DNA from: Macrostomum lignano | Lineage: Eukaryota | Assembly: GCA_002269645.1 (NCBI GenBank) | Contig: NIVC01002332.1 | Span: forward strand, 33,847 to 97,846 | Reading direction: 5' to 3' | DNA: 64,000 bases | Shown: positions 42,040 to 59,675 of the stretch, piece by piece | How positions within the stretch are numbered: position 1 is the first letter of the stretch | Layout: every line of letters begins with the position of its first letter | Made by a program: the position numbers and the translations under genes | Notes under the pieces: model-generated | The model's database searches: none | What the model saw: only the letters and a program-made list of their open reading frames with translations | What the model was told of the DNA's origin: nothing

Positions 42040-42287
42040 AGTGCACCCGACAGCTCAGCCGCAGCTATTGCGCGGCGAATCTGAAGGCTGCGTATGGCTG
42101 TTCAGTCCAAGGACTGGGGGGTCGCCACACACCCTCAATTACCCCAGTTAATGCTGGCACCCATTTTACAGCTGGGTGAACTGAAGTTAAGTATCTTGCT
42201 CAAGGATACAAATTATTTCAGCGGGTCGAGAATCGAACCCCCGACCTCTCAGTCGTGACTCCGACAGCTCTAACATCTAGGCTTACA
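42040..42287 (-). mobile_element. tRNA-derived SINE, family 1
   Basis: B box GGTTCGATTCTC; aligns to 17336-17542. Confidence 0.8.
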
Positions 42288-43084
42288 ACCCATCTAATGT
42301 TATTAATTTTTAACATTTTTATATTTTTTACTAATAGCTTAAATTTTCTCAGTTTATTTTCTACAATGTCTTATATTACGGGGGTTAAACTTGCAGCTTG
42401 TCTAATATTGACCGCTAGAGATGTACCATTATGCAATTATAGGCTTTTTAAATATCTAAAAGTACAATCTCTTCTGTTTATACTAGTATGTTTTATTCAT
42501 TGAATCTCCAGTGTATCAAGGTAGAACTATTTTTATTAATTAGTGAAAACTATTTATGTTACTCATCTTTGTTTATCATGTCATAAATCATAATTCTGCT
42601 CCGCTTTGTTGGCTTTTGCTGTATTATTTAATGAATTCATAACTGTGCATGCTTTAGCAGTCATTTACGTTCGTATGCCTAACCACCGGAACCTCTAGAA
42701 TGTTAAAATTTCTTAACTATTTCTAAAAATTTTGCTTCTAGAGTATAAAAAAATTGCTTGCACTTATTATATGCGAATATTTTGGTGCACAATGTGAACT
42801 TTAAAGATGGAAATGGCGCTGTTTTGTTGTAGTTTTAAGCAGATAGAAGAGAAATATTTTGCATATAGTTTATTATGTTGCGTATTGTCTTCTTAGCAGT
42901 TTAATTGGTTTTCTTCTCTCACGTTAGGGAATAAAAACTACAACCGGTATTTCCTTTCTGATTTTTTTGTATTTCGCATAAAATCGATAGGTGTGTTTTA
43001 ACAACCCATCGCATAATTGCGTTTTAACTTATACACGATCTCGTTCTTTCTCTTAACCTCAATCGACACTCGCTCTGGACCATC

Positions 43085-43425
43085 TCGTCTCACCCTCCTC
43101 AATGTACACTCGCTCCCGACTATTTCGTCTCCTCTCTTACCCTTATGTACACTGGCTCCCGACCATTTTCTCTCCTTCCTTACCCTTAATGTACACTGGC
43201 TCCCGACCATTTTCTCTCCTCTCTTAACCTTAATGTACACTGACTGGCTTCCGACCATTTCCTCTCCACTCTTACCCTTAATGTACACTGGCTCCCGACC
43301 ATTTTCTCTCCTCTCTTACCCTTAATGTACACTGACTGGCTCCCGACCATTTTCCCTCCTCTCTTACCCTAAATGTACACAGGCTCCCGACCATTTTCTC
43401 TCCACTCTTACCCTAAATGTACTCT
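43085..43425. repeat. About 44-bp minisatellite TAATGTACACTGGCTCCCGACCATTTTCTCTCCTCTCTTACCCT
   Basis: About 8 copies. Confidence 0.85.
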
Positions 43426-44058
43426 CGATCCCGATTTCTTTCCTAACTTGTACGCCCAATAGACTCCTCAATGTCGAAAATTCAAACCAACCCTTTGAGT
43501 TAAGTTATGCACACAAGTCAGTGTCTCATTCTACCCTGCAAATGACAGCACAAAAACGCAACGAACTTTCCATGAGTACAAACATATTGCTTCAGTAATT
43601 TATAACAAAAAAACAGTTTGAAATTGTTAGGATTGCAATCAACAGGTCATGATCATCATTCTGTCAAAAGTATTTTTGCCTTTTTGTTTAAAGCAAATGC
43701 TACTTCACTTATGAGCCGTGGAATTACTGGGCACAATGCATCCGCGTCTTATTTATTTGTTAATCGCACTATGTCTAATTAACGTGTTGAACATTTTATT
43801 TGTTGAAAGTTCCGATTTATCAATTTACCCCTTTAGCTAGATGATAATGCAGTTGGCTTTTATGATATATTGACAAGGTCTAGCTTGTTAATAGTAATAG
43901 CTATTATTTAAAATATAAATGCTACGGCTAAAATAATGGCCTATTTGATTATTGCCCTGCTCACAATCGAAAGATGCTGTACTGAAGCTATCTGATAATT
44001 TAAAAATTGATGTCTCTGTTTAATTTGCTTTTATTCAGTCACTTGTCCAGTTACAAGA

Positions 44059-44530
44059 GTCCCACTGTCCATAGTCCCACAGTCCATAGTCCCACTGTCC
44101 ATATTCCCACTGTCCATAGTCCCACTGTCCATAGTCCCACTGTCCATAGTCCCACTGTCCATAGTCCCACTGTCCATAGTCCCACTGTCCATATTCCCAC
44201 TGTCCATAGTCCCACTGTCCATAGTCCCACTGTCCATAGTCCCACTGTCCATAGTCCCACTGTCCATATTCCCACTGTCCATAGTCCCACTGTCCATAGT
44301 TCCACTGTCCATAGTCCCACTGTCCTTATTCCTACTGTCCATAGTCCCACTGTCCATAGTCCCACTGTCCATAGTCCCACTGTCCTTATTCCTACTGTCC
44401 ATAGTCCCACTGTCCATAGTCCCACTGTCCTTATTCCTACTATCCATAGTCCCACTGTTCACAATCCCACTGTCCATAGTCCCACTGCCATAGTCCCACT
44501 GTCCATAGTATCACTGTCTATAGTTCCACT
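44059..44530. repeat. 15-bp minisatellite CCCACTGTCCATAGT
   Basis: About 30 copies, ending about 150 bp upstream of the ligase-like ATG. Confidence 0.95.
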
Positions 44531-44684
44531 TACTATTGGGCGGTTCCATAAGTATGTCTTTCTAAAGTCCTTTTTAAAGTCCAACTGAAGCTAAGAAAAA
44601 GCATATTTACATGTAGGTAAAAATAGGTAATATATATCTACAATCAGCATATTAGGAGCTATTAATTAAAACTTGCAGTTAATA

Positions 44685-50481
<5,797 letters not shown>

Positions 50482-50529
50482 TACCGCGAACTGTTGGCTT
50501 TTGCTAATTTTACTTTCGACTGTCAGTGC

Positions 50530-51606
50530 CACAGAAACTAGAATAACTACTAGATGGGCCACTCGGCGCATTTGCGTGTAAGCTACTTTCAGTTCAGTAG
50601 TAAGTTAAACATAATCATTTTAAAGTATTTTAAAGCCAAGGCTTATTTATTGGCTCTTATCCCCCCAGCTTAAGCCTTCCAACCGCGCATTCCCCCGGCC
50701 GCGCCCCCAATTTTTATTGCCTTTCTCGGAATTCGATTCAGCCTAAGCGGCCATTTACACTCAGCAACAGTCAAAACCGCCACCCTACCGAGAGAGGCGA
50801 CTTCTCTCTCACCTCAACTGCAGGTGACGTGACTTGCGCCACGACGTGGCTGGAGCTGGGTGAGACTGAATGCAGGAGAGGGCAATCAGGGGATGCAGGG
50901 GATGTGCCCCATCTGCTTCTTTCACCCCACATTAGATGGAGCAGGGTGGCTGGCGCGGTCGGAGTTCGCCTGACAATCCGCAGCAGACGTCGATTTGCCC
51001 TGGCTGTTGAGCCGCGGAGATCATGGCGCTGGCTGCCTATGGCTGCGTGCTGAACACTACCAGTATCTTGGGACTTTGTTAACAGCGCTCGAATTGTTGA
51101 ACGTGATCGGCCAAATTGGCGAGCAACTGCGCTGATGGATGCACCAGCTTCTAGCATGCCAACAGCGCGCCATCGTTCAGCGTCTGTCATATGCCTGACC
51201 ATTGTCACGTGTACTGTTGCACCCCCAACCCCAACCCCAGTCCCTTTTGTACTCTCACTCTGGAATTCACTCTCACCCAGCTTTAGCCACGCCGTGGCGC
51301 GAGTTGCGTCACTTGCAGTTGAGGTGAGAGAGAGGTCGCCTCTCTCGGTAGGGTGGCGGTTTTGACTGTTGCTGAGTGTACATTTCAGTGGACTGGCTAA
51401 TGTAAAAGTGTACATTATTGCTGAACCGATTAGCAAGCTGTTTTCGCCTGCAAGCTTGGGCTTCTAAACTTATCAAAGTCATTTCAGCTGCCTTTATTTT
51501 TATAAAAAAGCTTTTGTTTTCCTCTTTGCTACTGAACTGAAAGTAGAAAGCTGTTTTACTAAGTATATATGCCTGAGTTGCCCATCTAGTTATTTTAGTA
51601 CCTGTG
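50530..51606 (-). mobile_element. CACAG-ended MITE (hAT or P superfamily) with an 8-bp TSD, interrupted by a Tc1 element
   Basis: GTCAGTGC|CACAG ... CTGTG|GTCAGTGC. The internal sequence is the reverse complement of 55941-56377. Confidence 0.85.
50758..51378 (-). mobile_element. Internally deleted Tc1-like transposon retaining the N-terminal HTH DNA-binding region
   Basis: About 120-bp TIRs CACTCAGCAACAGTCAAAACCGCC..., with TA on both sides. ATG at 51202 gives MVRHMTDAERWRAVGMLEAGASISAVARQFGRSRSTIRAL (Tc1 paired-like HTH). Confidence 0.92.
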
Positions 51607-52149
51607 GTCAGTGCAGAGATGAAAATGAAATGTTTAATTTTATATTTATAACTTCTTAATTGTTCTTAAAAACGCGCAACGCCATTTGCGACATAGTCCC
51701 ACAATTCCAGCGCTGAGGCAATTCTGCCCATTACCACATAGAAGTGCACCAATAGTGTACACAGGCACGCAGTCATGCACAGTGACGCAATAGTTATATT
51801 CATTATTTAAGATGAACTATTATAATTGACGAATTTTCGTCAAATTTGCCCCATTCAATAGAAAAACTTTCAATGATCATGTGGCACCTTTTTTCTAACT
51901 TTTATCTTCAACTTAAGACACTGAATTGAAATTGCGTCACTACAAACTATTTATCTTGATTTTTATTAATAACTATTTAATTTTTTGATAGTTTTAATGT
52001 CGCGACTCATAAAATAAAACCTTTGACTGTAGTTGAACTTTGAAATATAACTACTCTCCACTTATTAAATAGAAGAGCTTACAACGGAGTCAAAAGTGTT
52101 TTATTTCTGTTTGTTTTATAATAACTGTTAATAAACTGTTAATTATAAT

Positions 52150-52552
52150 TTCTGTTAGGGTTAGGATTAGGGTTAGGGTTAGGCTAGGGTTAGAAAGTAG
52201 ACATATTTTTTAAGATTTCAAGGCTTATGGGGGCATCGCTGAGATGTCAAGGGGGGAGTTGATATGTTAAGGCTTGTGGGGGGAATTGCTGACATGTCAA
52301 GGCTTACAAGGGTACTGGTAGCGTACTGGAGCGTGCTGGTAGAAGTAGTACGCTATTTCTCTGATAGAAGGCAAGTATGGTTGAATTGTCAATGTCAGTT
52401 ATAAAATTCTGCACAAGCATGTTTTATTGGTACATAAGCCCAGAATTAAAATGAGAATTCGATTCCTAGCCCCCCTCCTTAAGAATTCTTTTCATTTTAA
52501 AGGATTCGTCCCTTGCTTATTGGCCACCCCGAAGGGGGGCGCTGATTGCTAG
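52150..52552 (+). mobile_element. Non-autonomous Helitron-like element with an internal (TTAGGG)n-like tract
   Basis: 3' end GGCCACCCCGAAGGGGGGCGCTGATTGCTAG|T. The body is the reverse complement of 21210-21480. Confidence 0.7.
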
Positions 52553-53025
52553 TCTTATATACTGAAAATCGATTAACTATTTGCAAATTGTGATATGTGA
52601 TAGGATGACAGCCATAGGTTATGTGTATAAGAGTGTGTCATAAGTTTATATACCAATAATAATGATGGTTATTAGTATTTTTAGAAATACACCACAGATT
52701 TACGCTGGGCGTATTGAATTTAAAAATATAGTAATATACAATCAGTCAATCTGCATGCTTTTTGGCATATTTAGCTAATGCTCCATTTAGCTAATTTGGC
52801 ATATCTTTTAAAGTTGTCCATAATCTTCCTAATTCACCGAATCTACCCATCTCACGGCCTACTATCTACCGAAAGGTCCTTGCCACAGAAACGGTCCTTA
52901 CCGTTTAAAAAATCAAAAGGCTATTCTCTGAAAGTTGTATGAAAACAATCGGTCGCGATATACATCTATTTCACAAGTCACAAAGTCAGTTAACTCAGGC
53001 TTAAGTACACAGCTGTAGATCTCCT

Positions 53026-53430
53026 CTATTTGTCTTTTAGTCGCAAATATTCGCCTAGTTTTTCGCACGCCTCGATGCACACAGCCGGACAGTGAGCGTC
53101 GCCGTACGTGGCCAGAATCACGTGACCATGCGTCCGTACAGCTACTAGGCCTTTCTTACCAGTCTGAGCGTACACAGAGTTCTTGTCCGCGCGCATCACT
53201 TTGTAGTCGCGACCTTCAAATTTAGCGCCACTTTTTCGCGCCTCTGCCGGACTGGCGAACGCATCGAGGACGACCTGTAGCTGTTCAGGCGACGGGGTGT
53301 AGCCCACAGAGCTAGCTAGGACCGATCCGTCCGCTCTGGACAGCAGAGCGCAACTGTTAACGTGACCAGTTGCTAGCAGACTGTCATATAGCAGGTTCAC
53401 ATTGGTCATCAGGTGTTTTTGTCCCGTCAT
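53026..53430 (-). CDS. PFN4: Profilin-4-like protein, single exon, about 134 aa
   Basis: LLYDSLLATGHVNSCALL, YKVMRADKNSVYA, ILATY and AVCIEACEKLGEYLR match PFN4. The start is at 53430 or 53409. Confidence 0.88.
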   Translation of the reverse strand: MTGQKHLMTNVNLLYDSLLATGHVNSCALLSRADGSVLASSVGYTPSPEQLQVVLDAFASPAEARKSGAKFEGRDYKVMRADKNSVYAQTGKKGLVAVRTHGHVILATYGDAHCPAVCIEACEKLGEYLRLKDK

Positions 53431-53954
53431 CTGTGTGTGTTGTTCTGAATATCTCAATTTTTTTTAATTTTTATCCAAGAGCCAAACGTGAAACTAAAAA
53501 TCTCTTTTAGAAGCTGCTTTATAATGGAAATATAGGAGCAGTGTGGACAGAAGAGGGGAGAGAAAATTAAAACTGTACAGCGCATGGGGTTGGTTTTGGT
53601 TAGCAACAGTTGGGGTCGACCTCTCTCTTCTCTCTCTTCTCTCTCTTCTCAATTTCTGTACACCCTGAAAGACACATCATCTACGAGCGTATTGTGCGTA
53701 TTGTACGATTTCTGCTGTTAAGAACTCAGAGACATAGGGATAGAGAGAGATGTGGAAGAAGAGTCTGCAGTATGTGGTTTGCTGCTTGGGCTATACTGTT
53801 CTCTTGCAATTCAGTAAGCATTAATAGAATAAGTATATTCTATTCTATTCTATTCTATTCTATTATTTGGAATCCATTGTTTCAAGCCTGCCAATTCAAA
53901 TAGAGATACCCTAAGTTGGGCCATAGACAACACGCAAAGTTTCAAAACTAGCTA

Positions 53955-54289
53955 GCTATCTGGGGGTCGCTTGCTCTCGGGGAATTGCTAGCTGAGATGT
54001 CAAAACTAGGGGGGGATTGCTATGATATCAAGGCTTACTGGGGGAATCGCTGAGGTGTCAAGGCTTATTGGGGGAATTGCTAAGATATCAAGACGGAGAG
54101 GTCAAAAGCTGCATATGTTTATTCAAAAAAAATTATTCCATTCTTTCAACAATTTTACTTGTATAAAAGGTGATTTATTAAAACGGAAAAAGAAATGCTT
54201 TTAAGATAATGTGCTTTAATTTTTAAGGATTCTCATAATTTTTTGTCTCTTGCTTATTGGGCGCCCCGAAGGGGGCACTAGATTGCTAG
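53955..54289 (+). mobile_element. Helitron-like copy
   Basis: Ends GGCGCCCCGAAGGGGGCACTAGATTGCTAG; the body has the GCTGAGATGTCAAGGCTT motifs of the family. Confidence 0.6.
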
Positions 54290-54648
54290 AGTTTCCTAAA
54301 CAAGTAAATAATTCCGATCTTTACCGCATAGAGGTCAATGTTTAAGATTTATTTCAATGAATTAAGAGGCTGCTGTTTGCGTCATTCCTTGTGCTGATGT
54401 CTATGGCCAAATTATCTACTCGTTTGCCTTTTGCATCCTACAAACCACCAACTCGTATTTGGTAGTTTCTTCATTAAATTTGATACCTAGGTGTGTTGTC
54501 GCTAGAGTATATTTAGCGACCGTCTCCTTCCGGTGCCCGAAAACCCGGGGTTAGGGCCATAGAAACTAAGCCTCTGCTGTTACTGCACCAAAGTAACAAT
54601 GTTTAGTAAGATTCTAATGCTTCTCAAGTGCTTCTCCTTCGAGTGCTA

Positions 54649-55110
54649 ATATTGGTTTTGTCAGCCTAACTGAGAAAAAAGCCATCCAAAGTGAGAATCC
54701 TGCCTACGCTGACTGCGAAGGGCCTGGCTGCGTGCAGCCTTAGTCTATGGGCCATAGACAATAAAGGACAAGCAAAGTGATAAAAGCCATCCAATGTGAG
54801 AATCCTGCCTACGCTGAATACGAAGGGCCTAGCTGCGTCCAGCCTATAGTCTATGAGCCATAGACTATAAAGGATAAGCTAGGATTGGCTAGTCATATGG
54901 CTCAGAAGCTCAGAAGGTATAAAAATAAAAGAATACGACGCATAGACCAATCGATTCTCACATTGGATGGCTTTTTATCACTTTGCTTGTCCTTTATTGT
55001 CTATGGCCCATAGACTAAGGCTGCACGCAGCCAGGCCCTTCGCAGTCAGCGTAGGCAGGATTCTCACTTTGGATGGCTTTATTCTCAGTTAGGCTGACAA
55101 AAGCAATACT
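54649..55110. mobile_element. Foldback/MITE-like element with about 150-bp inverted arms
   Basis: 54655-54800 is nearly the exact reverse complement of 54952-55103. A second tandem unit follows on the left. GTCTATGG/CCATAGAC palindromes. Confidence 0.8.
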
Positions 55111-55393
55111 TGAGAGCTGCGGAAGCTATAGTCTATGGTCTTAACCATGGGGTTTTCGCGGCTGGAGTGGCCAGATCATCTAGCAATATAGAATATGTGG
55201 ACGGGCAGCGTTGCAGAGATAATTTCCACAGACAAACCATAGAAAAGCCATCTAGACAACAGGAAGAAATTTGGGCCACAGCTGGAAGGCATGGCTGAGT
55301 AAAGAATGGCGCAGAGAGGACCATACGCATATAGTTTATTTACGTGTATTAGTTTTAATAAAAAGTATCAATATTATAATTAACACTTTTCAG

Positions 55394-55906
55394 GCGTCAA
55401 TAGCCCAATTAGCCGAGCTAGCCATTCAAGGCAATTTCAGCCAGGTGCGAGAGCTGGTCACGAAGCCTCTGGTCCGGCAGGTAGATGAACAGGGCCGTTC
55501 AGTGCTCATGCTGATTGCCAATTCAACAGTCCCCAGTCGGCCTCAATCAGCAAAGTGTATCGAGTACTTTTTACACCTGGGCGCTCAGTCCGACACGACA
55601 GACGCTGACGGCAACACGGCAGCTCACCTGGCGGCTCGGCGGGGTCGCCTGCGGCTGCTGACGCTGCTGCCGTTTCGAGTCAAATTTCTTAGAAATCAAA
55701 CAGACGATTCGACTCCGCTGATGGAAGCGGCTGAATGTGGCCAAATTGATTGCGTCAAACACCTGTTGCACCTGTTGCGCAGTGGTTCGAAGCGCAGCAT
55801 ACGCAGGCAACTGCTGCTGGAGGCGCGGAACCAGCGAGGCCAGACAGCGCTGGACTTGGCCAGATGCTGCGGACACGAGGATTTGGCTGCGATTATTCAG
55901 TTGTGA
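55394..55906 (+). CDS. Short ankyrin-repeat protein 1 (start codon unresolved)
   Basis: Acceptor ttttcag|GCG, then GRSVLMLIA, DGNTAAHLAA, DSTPLMEAAECG and RGQTALDLA. Confidence 0.75.
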   Translation, partial: ASIAQLAELAIQGNFSQVRELVTKPLVRQVDEQGRSVLMLIANSTVPSRPQSAKCIEYFLHLGAQSDTTDADGNTAAHLAARRGRLRLLTLLPFRVKFLRNQTDDSTPLMEAAECGQIDCVKHLLHLLRSGSKRSIRRQLLLEARNQRGQTALDLARCCGHEDLAAIIQL

Positions 55907-55940
55907 GCGGCTGTGGCTAAGTTGATCAAGCACAGATAGG

Positions 55941-56377
55941 CACAGATACTAAAATAACTAGATGGGCCACCCAGGCATATATACTAAGTAAAACAGCTTT
56001 CTACTTTCAGTTCAGCAGCAAGGAAGAATACAAAAGCTATTTTTATAAGAATACAGGGCGCTGAAATGACTTTGATAAGTTTAGAAGCCCAAGCTTGCCC
56101 GCGTAAACAACTTGCTAATTGGTTCAGCAATAATGTACATTAGCCAGTCCACTGAAATGTACATGGCAGCTTTAGGCTGGAATTCCGAGAAAGGCAATAA
56201 AAATTGGGGTGGTTTGGAAATGCGCGGTTGGAGGGTTTAGGCTGGGGGTAAGAGCCAATAAATGAGCCTTGGCTTTAAAAATACATTACAATTCTTTTGT
56301 TTAACTCACTACTGAACTGAAAGTAGCTTACATGCAAATGTGCTGAGTTGGCCCATCTGGTTATTCTAACATCTGTG
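55941..56377 (+). mobile_element. Complete uninterrupted copy of the CACAG-ended MITE (437 bp)
   Basis: TIRs CACAGATACTAAAATAACTAGATGGGCC and GGCCCATCTGGTTATTCTAACATCTGTG. No clean TSD. Confidence 0.85.
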
Positions 56378-56494
56378 GTCAGGGGCTTAGGCAAGTAAAC
56401 ACCTATCGTCTTTGTACCATTCTATTTTTTGAGAATGATCTTTTGTTTTAATTAAATGTACATGTAATTGATTACATTCCCCAATTGGGCAGAT

Positions 56495-56640
56495 GTGCAA
56501 CCGACAGCTCAGCCGCAGCCAAGGACTGGAAGTCGCCACACACACCCTCAATTACCCCCAGCTAATGCTGGCACCCATTTTACAGATGCATGGGTGAACT
56601 GCATCAAGAGGACACACAGTATCCAGGAATACTTGACCAC
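56495..56640 (-). mobile_element. Partial SINE, family 1
   Basis: CCAAGGACTGG..GCCACACACACCCTCAATTACCCCCAGCTAATGCTGGCACCCATTTTACAG matches 42100-42175. Confidence 0.75.
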
Positions 56641-56692
56641 CACAACAACTTGACTGATGATTTTAATGTTTTTGTTTCTCTTCCTCAGAGAA

Positions 56693-57688
56693 ATGCGACT
56701 CTCTATTTCGGGCTTCTGGATTTTCGGTCAAATTGTGGGCCTCACTGCTGAGGTGAGTTGGTACGTGTGGATGGATATTATTTAACAAAACAATTTAAAT
56801 ATTAAATGATGTTTTTTGGTGATGACATACCAGTTTTGGGCACAGCAGTTCAGTGGTGCGGCATTGTCACACAACCGGCGAGAGGCATTACTGCCCATTC
56901 CGCCGACTCCCCTGAGCAGGCACACAAGCGCGCGGATACGTACGCAGTCATACGCACAGGCACACACTCACACAGGAGTGTACAGCGGCCCTAACTTTAT
57001 TTATCGTTAGGCATGTACACTTCACTGTGCCTTGGGGGTTGGCCCTCAAGCTGGGCGTTAATTGCACGAGCAGAGCCAGGCCGAGATTCCAATTTAGCCT
57101 CAATCTGAGAAAATTCCTCGCGGTGGCCCTTGACATTTCATCTGGCCTTCCCAGGAAACAGCCACCCAGCAGCAGTTGGCCAATCTGGTCCGATCAAACG
57201 ACCTTGCTGGTCTCCAACAAGTCGCTACCAGAGTCAACTGCGACCTACCAGACGCCTACGGACAGACAGCTCTGATGCTGGCAGCCTCTCGACCAGGTCC
57301 AGACGGCTCTTCTCCGCTAGTTGAATTCTTTGTAAGTTCAGTTGGCGCCGATGTCACCTGCGCCGATCTGATGGGCGAGACCAGCCTTCACCGAGTTGCC
57401 ACCGAGGCCGGAGCTCGGATACTAATAGAGGCTGGAGCTTCAGTTAACGCTGCCACGAAACTTGTCGGACTCACTCCGCTGATGCGAGCCGCCATGCTTG
57501 ACAACAACGACGACAACGACAATAACAGTAGCCTTGAGAATATCGACAATCAAGGTGATGTTGTTGTACGACAATTAATCTGCTTAGGTGACGCTGATTG
57601 GAGCCGACGGGATTCGTTCGGCGGCCGCGCAATCGATTGGGCCCGCCGGATGAGGCGACGAAAAACGGTGGCCTATTTGAGCGGGTGA
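56693..57688 (+). CDS. Short ankyrin-repeat protein 2, 2 exons, about 197 aa
   Basis: Exons 56693-56752 and 57155-57688, joined in phase 0. Motifs YGQTALMLAA, MGETSLH, GLTPLMRAA and GGRAIDWA. Confidence 0.75.
56870..57105 (-). mobile_element. Interspersed repeat family 2 copy in the ankyrin-2 intron
   Basis: Reverse complement of 35120-35360. Confidence 0.7.
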
Positions 57689-57879
57689 GCAGACTACGCC
57701 TGCATGTTATCTTTATTTTCGCTCTATAGTTAATTCCTAAATGCACGTGTATTTTTTCAAAATAAAATGCAAAAATACAATCATGCATGTACATTGTAAT
57801 AGGGTAGGGCATGTAAATTGAGCCTACAATATCTTCTTCTACCTCGCACTAACGTACATGCATGTACAATGAGTCGGGG

Positions 57880-58175
57880 ATCCCTCTATACCCCCAGGAA
57901 TGTACACTGGGCGTGGGGATCCCCCTCTACCCCCAGGAATGTACACTGGGCGTGGGGATCCCCCTCTACCCCCAGGAATGTACACTGGGCGTGGGGATCC
58001 CCCTCTACCCCCAGGAATGTACATCGAGCGTGGGGATACCATAGCTCATACCCCCGAAATGTACATTGAGCGCGGGGTTTCCCCTCTACTCCAGCAATAT
58101 ACATTAAGCGTGGGGATCCCCCTCTACCCCCAGGAATGTACATTGAACATGGGGATCCCCATCTACTCCCAGCAA
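57880..58175. repeat. 39-bp minisatellite GGAATGTACACTGGGCGTGGGGATCCCCCTCTACCCCCA
   Basis: About 7 copies. Confidence 0.92.
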
Positions 58176-58204
58176 TTGCTGAAATGCTGTGGCGTGGCTC
58201 ATAA

Positions 58205-58382
58205 TTAAGGAAATTTTCTGAGATTTCAAGGTTTATTTTGAAAATTGCTGAGATAAAAATCAAGGCTCATATGTGAAATTTCCGATGAGTAAGATTTTAA
58301 GGCTCACGGGGAAATCGCTGAATTTAATGAGATGTAGACTTTTGGGGATTGCTGAATCTCAACGGGGGCGCAGATTGCTATT
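58205..58382 (+). mobile_element. Degenerate Helitron-like 3' fragment
   Basis: GCTGAGATTTCAAGG motifs; ends CTCAACGGGGGCGCAGATTGCTAT. Confidence 0.5.
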
Positions 58383-59521
58383 CGAATAGTTATACACTAC
58401 ATATATATGCAAGTCGTTATCTATATTTCAGTTTTACACAGCGCCGCTGCCTCTGCACTAATCAGCTGCCTTATTTTGATCAGGTGCAGCAAATGCCGTA
58501 AGTTTATTTGCTGCATTTCACTACAATCGATAATATAGTGGATTTTGCAAAAAAATCATGTAACGCATAATTTTCAGCGAATTAATCCAACTGAATATGG
58601 AAGACCCACCAGCAGTTAAAGATGGTCTTTAAAACAAGCAGCCGACTCTTAAGAGAATTAAAATGCAAATTTACAGATATTTACACGTTTTAAATTTAAT
58701 TATAATCTCATACTACTACTAACATGCACACTTAGTAGCACTTTTGCGTATGTTTTCATTAAGACTGAATCTCAGCTTTCTGATCAATAAATAAGTCAAT
58801 AAAATCCTAGTCAAAAACATTATACATGAATTTAACACATGATTTATAATTGTTTTATTGTTAAGCGTAAAATATATTTATATTGTAAACAAAGTAACAT
58901 TGCAAAGTAAAATTTTCTGCAATATCTACGAAAACAAATATGAAAGTAAAATATTTGTATATTTTTACGTGCTATTTTTCTCATTTTTTACCACTAAAAG
59001 TATACTTTTCTGCGAATATGCAGTGAGATAACGTTAGTGAAAAAAGAAAAATATTTATAAGCTTAATTAATATAAGCTTTTGTAATAAAGCAATGTATAC
59101 CATAGCTTCATATATAAGTATCTATGTAATATAGATTAACCCAAATAGATGTACATCACAGACAATTTTTGAAAATAAATGTTGCTAGCCCAGAATTTCG
59201 TTTAAACTTGACAGCAAAAAAATACTTGATTCCAGATTTCCTAAAGACATCAAACAGATTACATGATTCAGTACATATATAATAGATAATGTTAAACAAT
59301 GTGTTTTCAGACATAAACCTGCATAGTGGGAAAAGACTACGAACGCAATTTAGTCGCAATTAAACCACAATAACAGTGAAAGATCTCTGAATTAAATATA
59401 TATATTACACACTAATTACTGACACCTAAAACCAGTTGCCAAGAGTCAATATGCACAATGTTATAAATACTGGATATTTACTTTTTACGCGTTATTTTTT
59501 ATTTTAAAAGTCTTCTGTAAG

Positions 59522-59675
59522 GCTGAGGCTGGCCCAGCAACTGAGGATCTGGGAGGCTGGCCAGATTTACAACTGAGGATCTGGGAGGCTGGCCCAGCAA
59601 CTGGGGATCTGGGAGACTGGCCCAGCAACTGGGGATCTGGGAGACTGGCCCAGCAACTGGGGATCTGGGAGACTG
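59522..59675. repeat. 28-bp minisatellite, same family as in Rab3 intron 1
   Basis: GCTGGCCCAGCAACTG(A/G)GGATCTGGGAG, about 5 copies. Confidence 0.92.

Noticed and set aside
44007-44588. HSPTV repeat protein upstream of the ligase
   Set aside because: Translation of a 15-bp satellite that is open on both strands.
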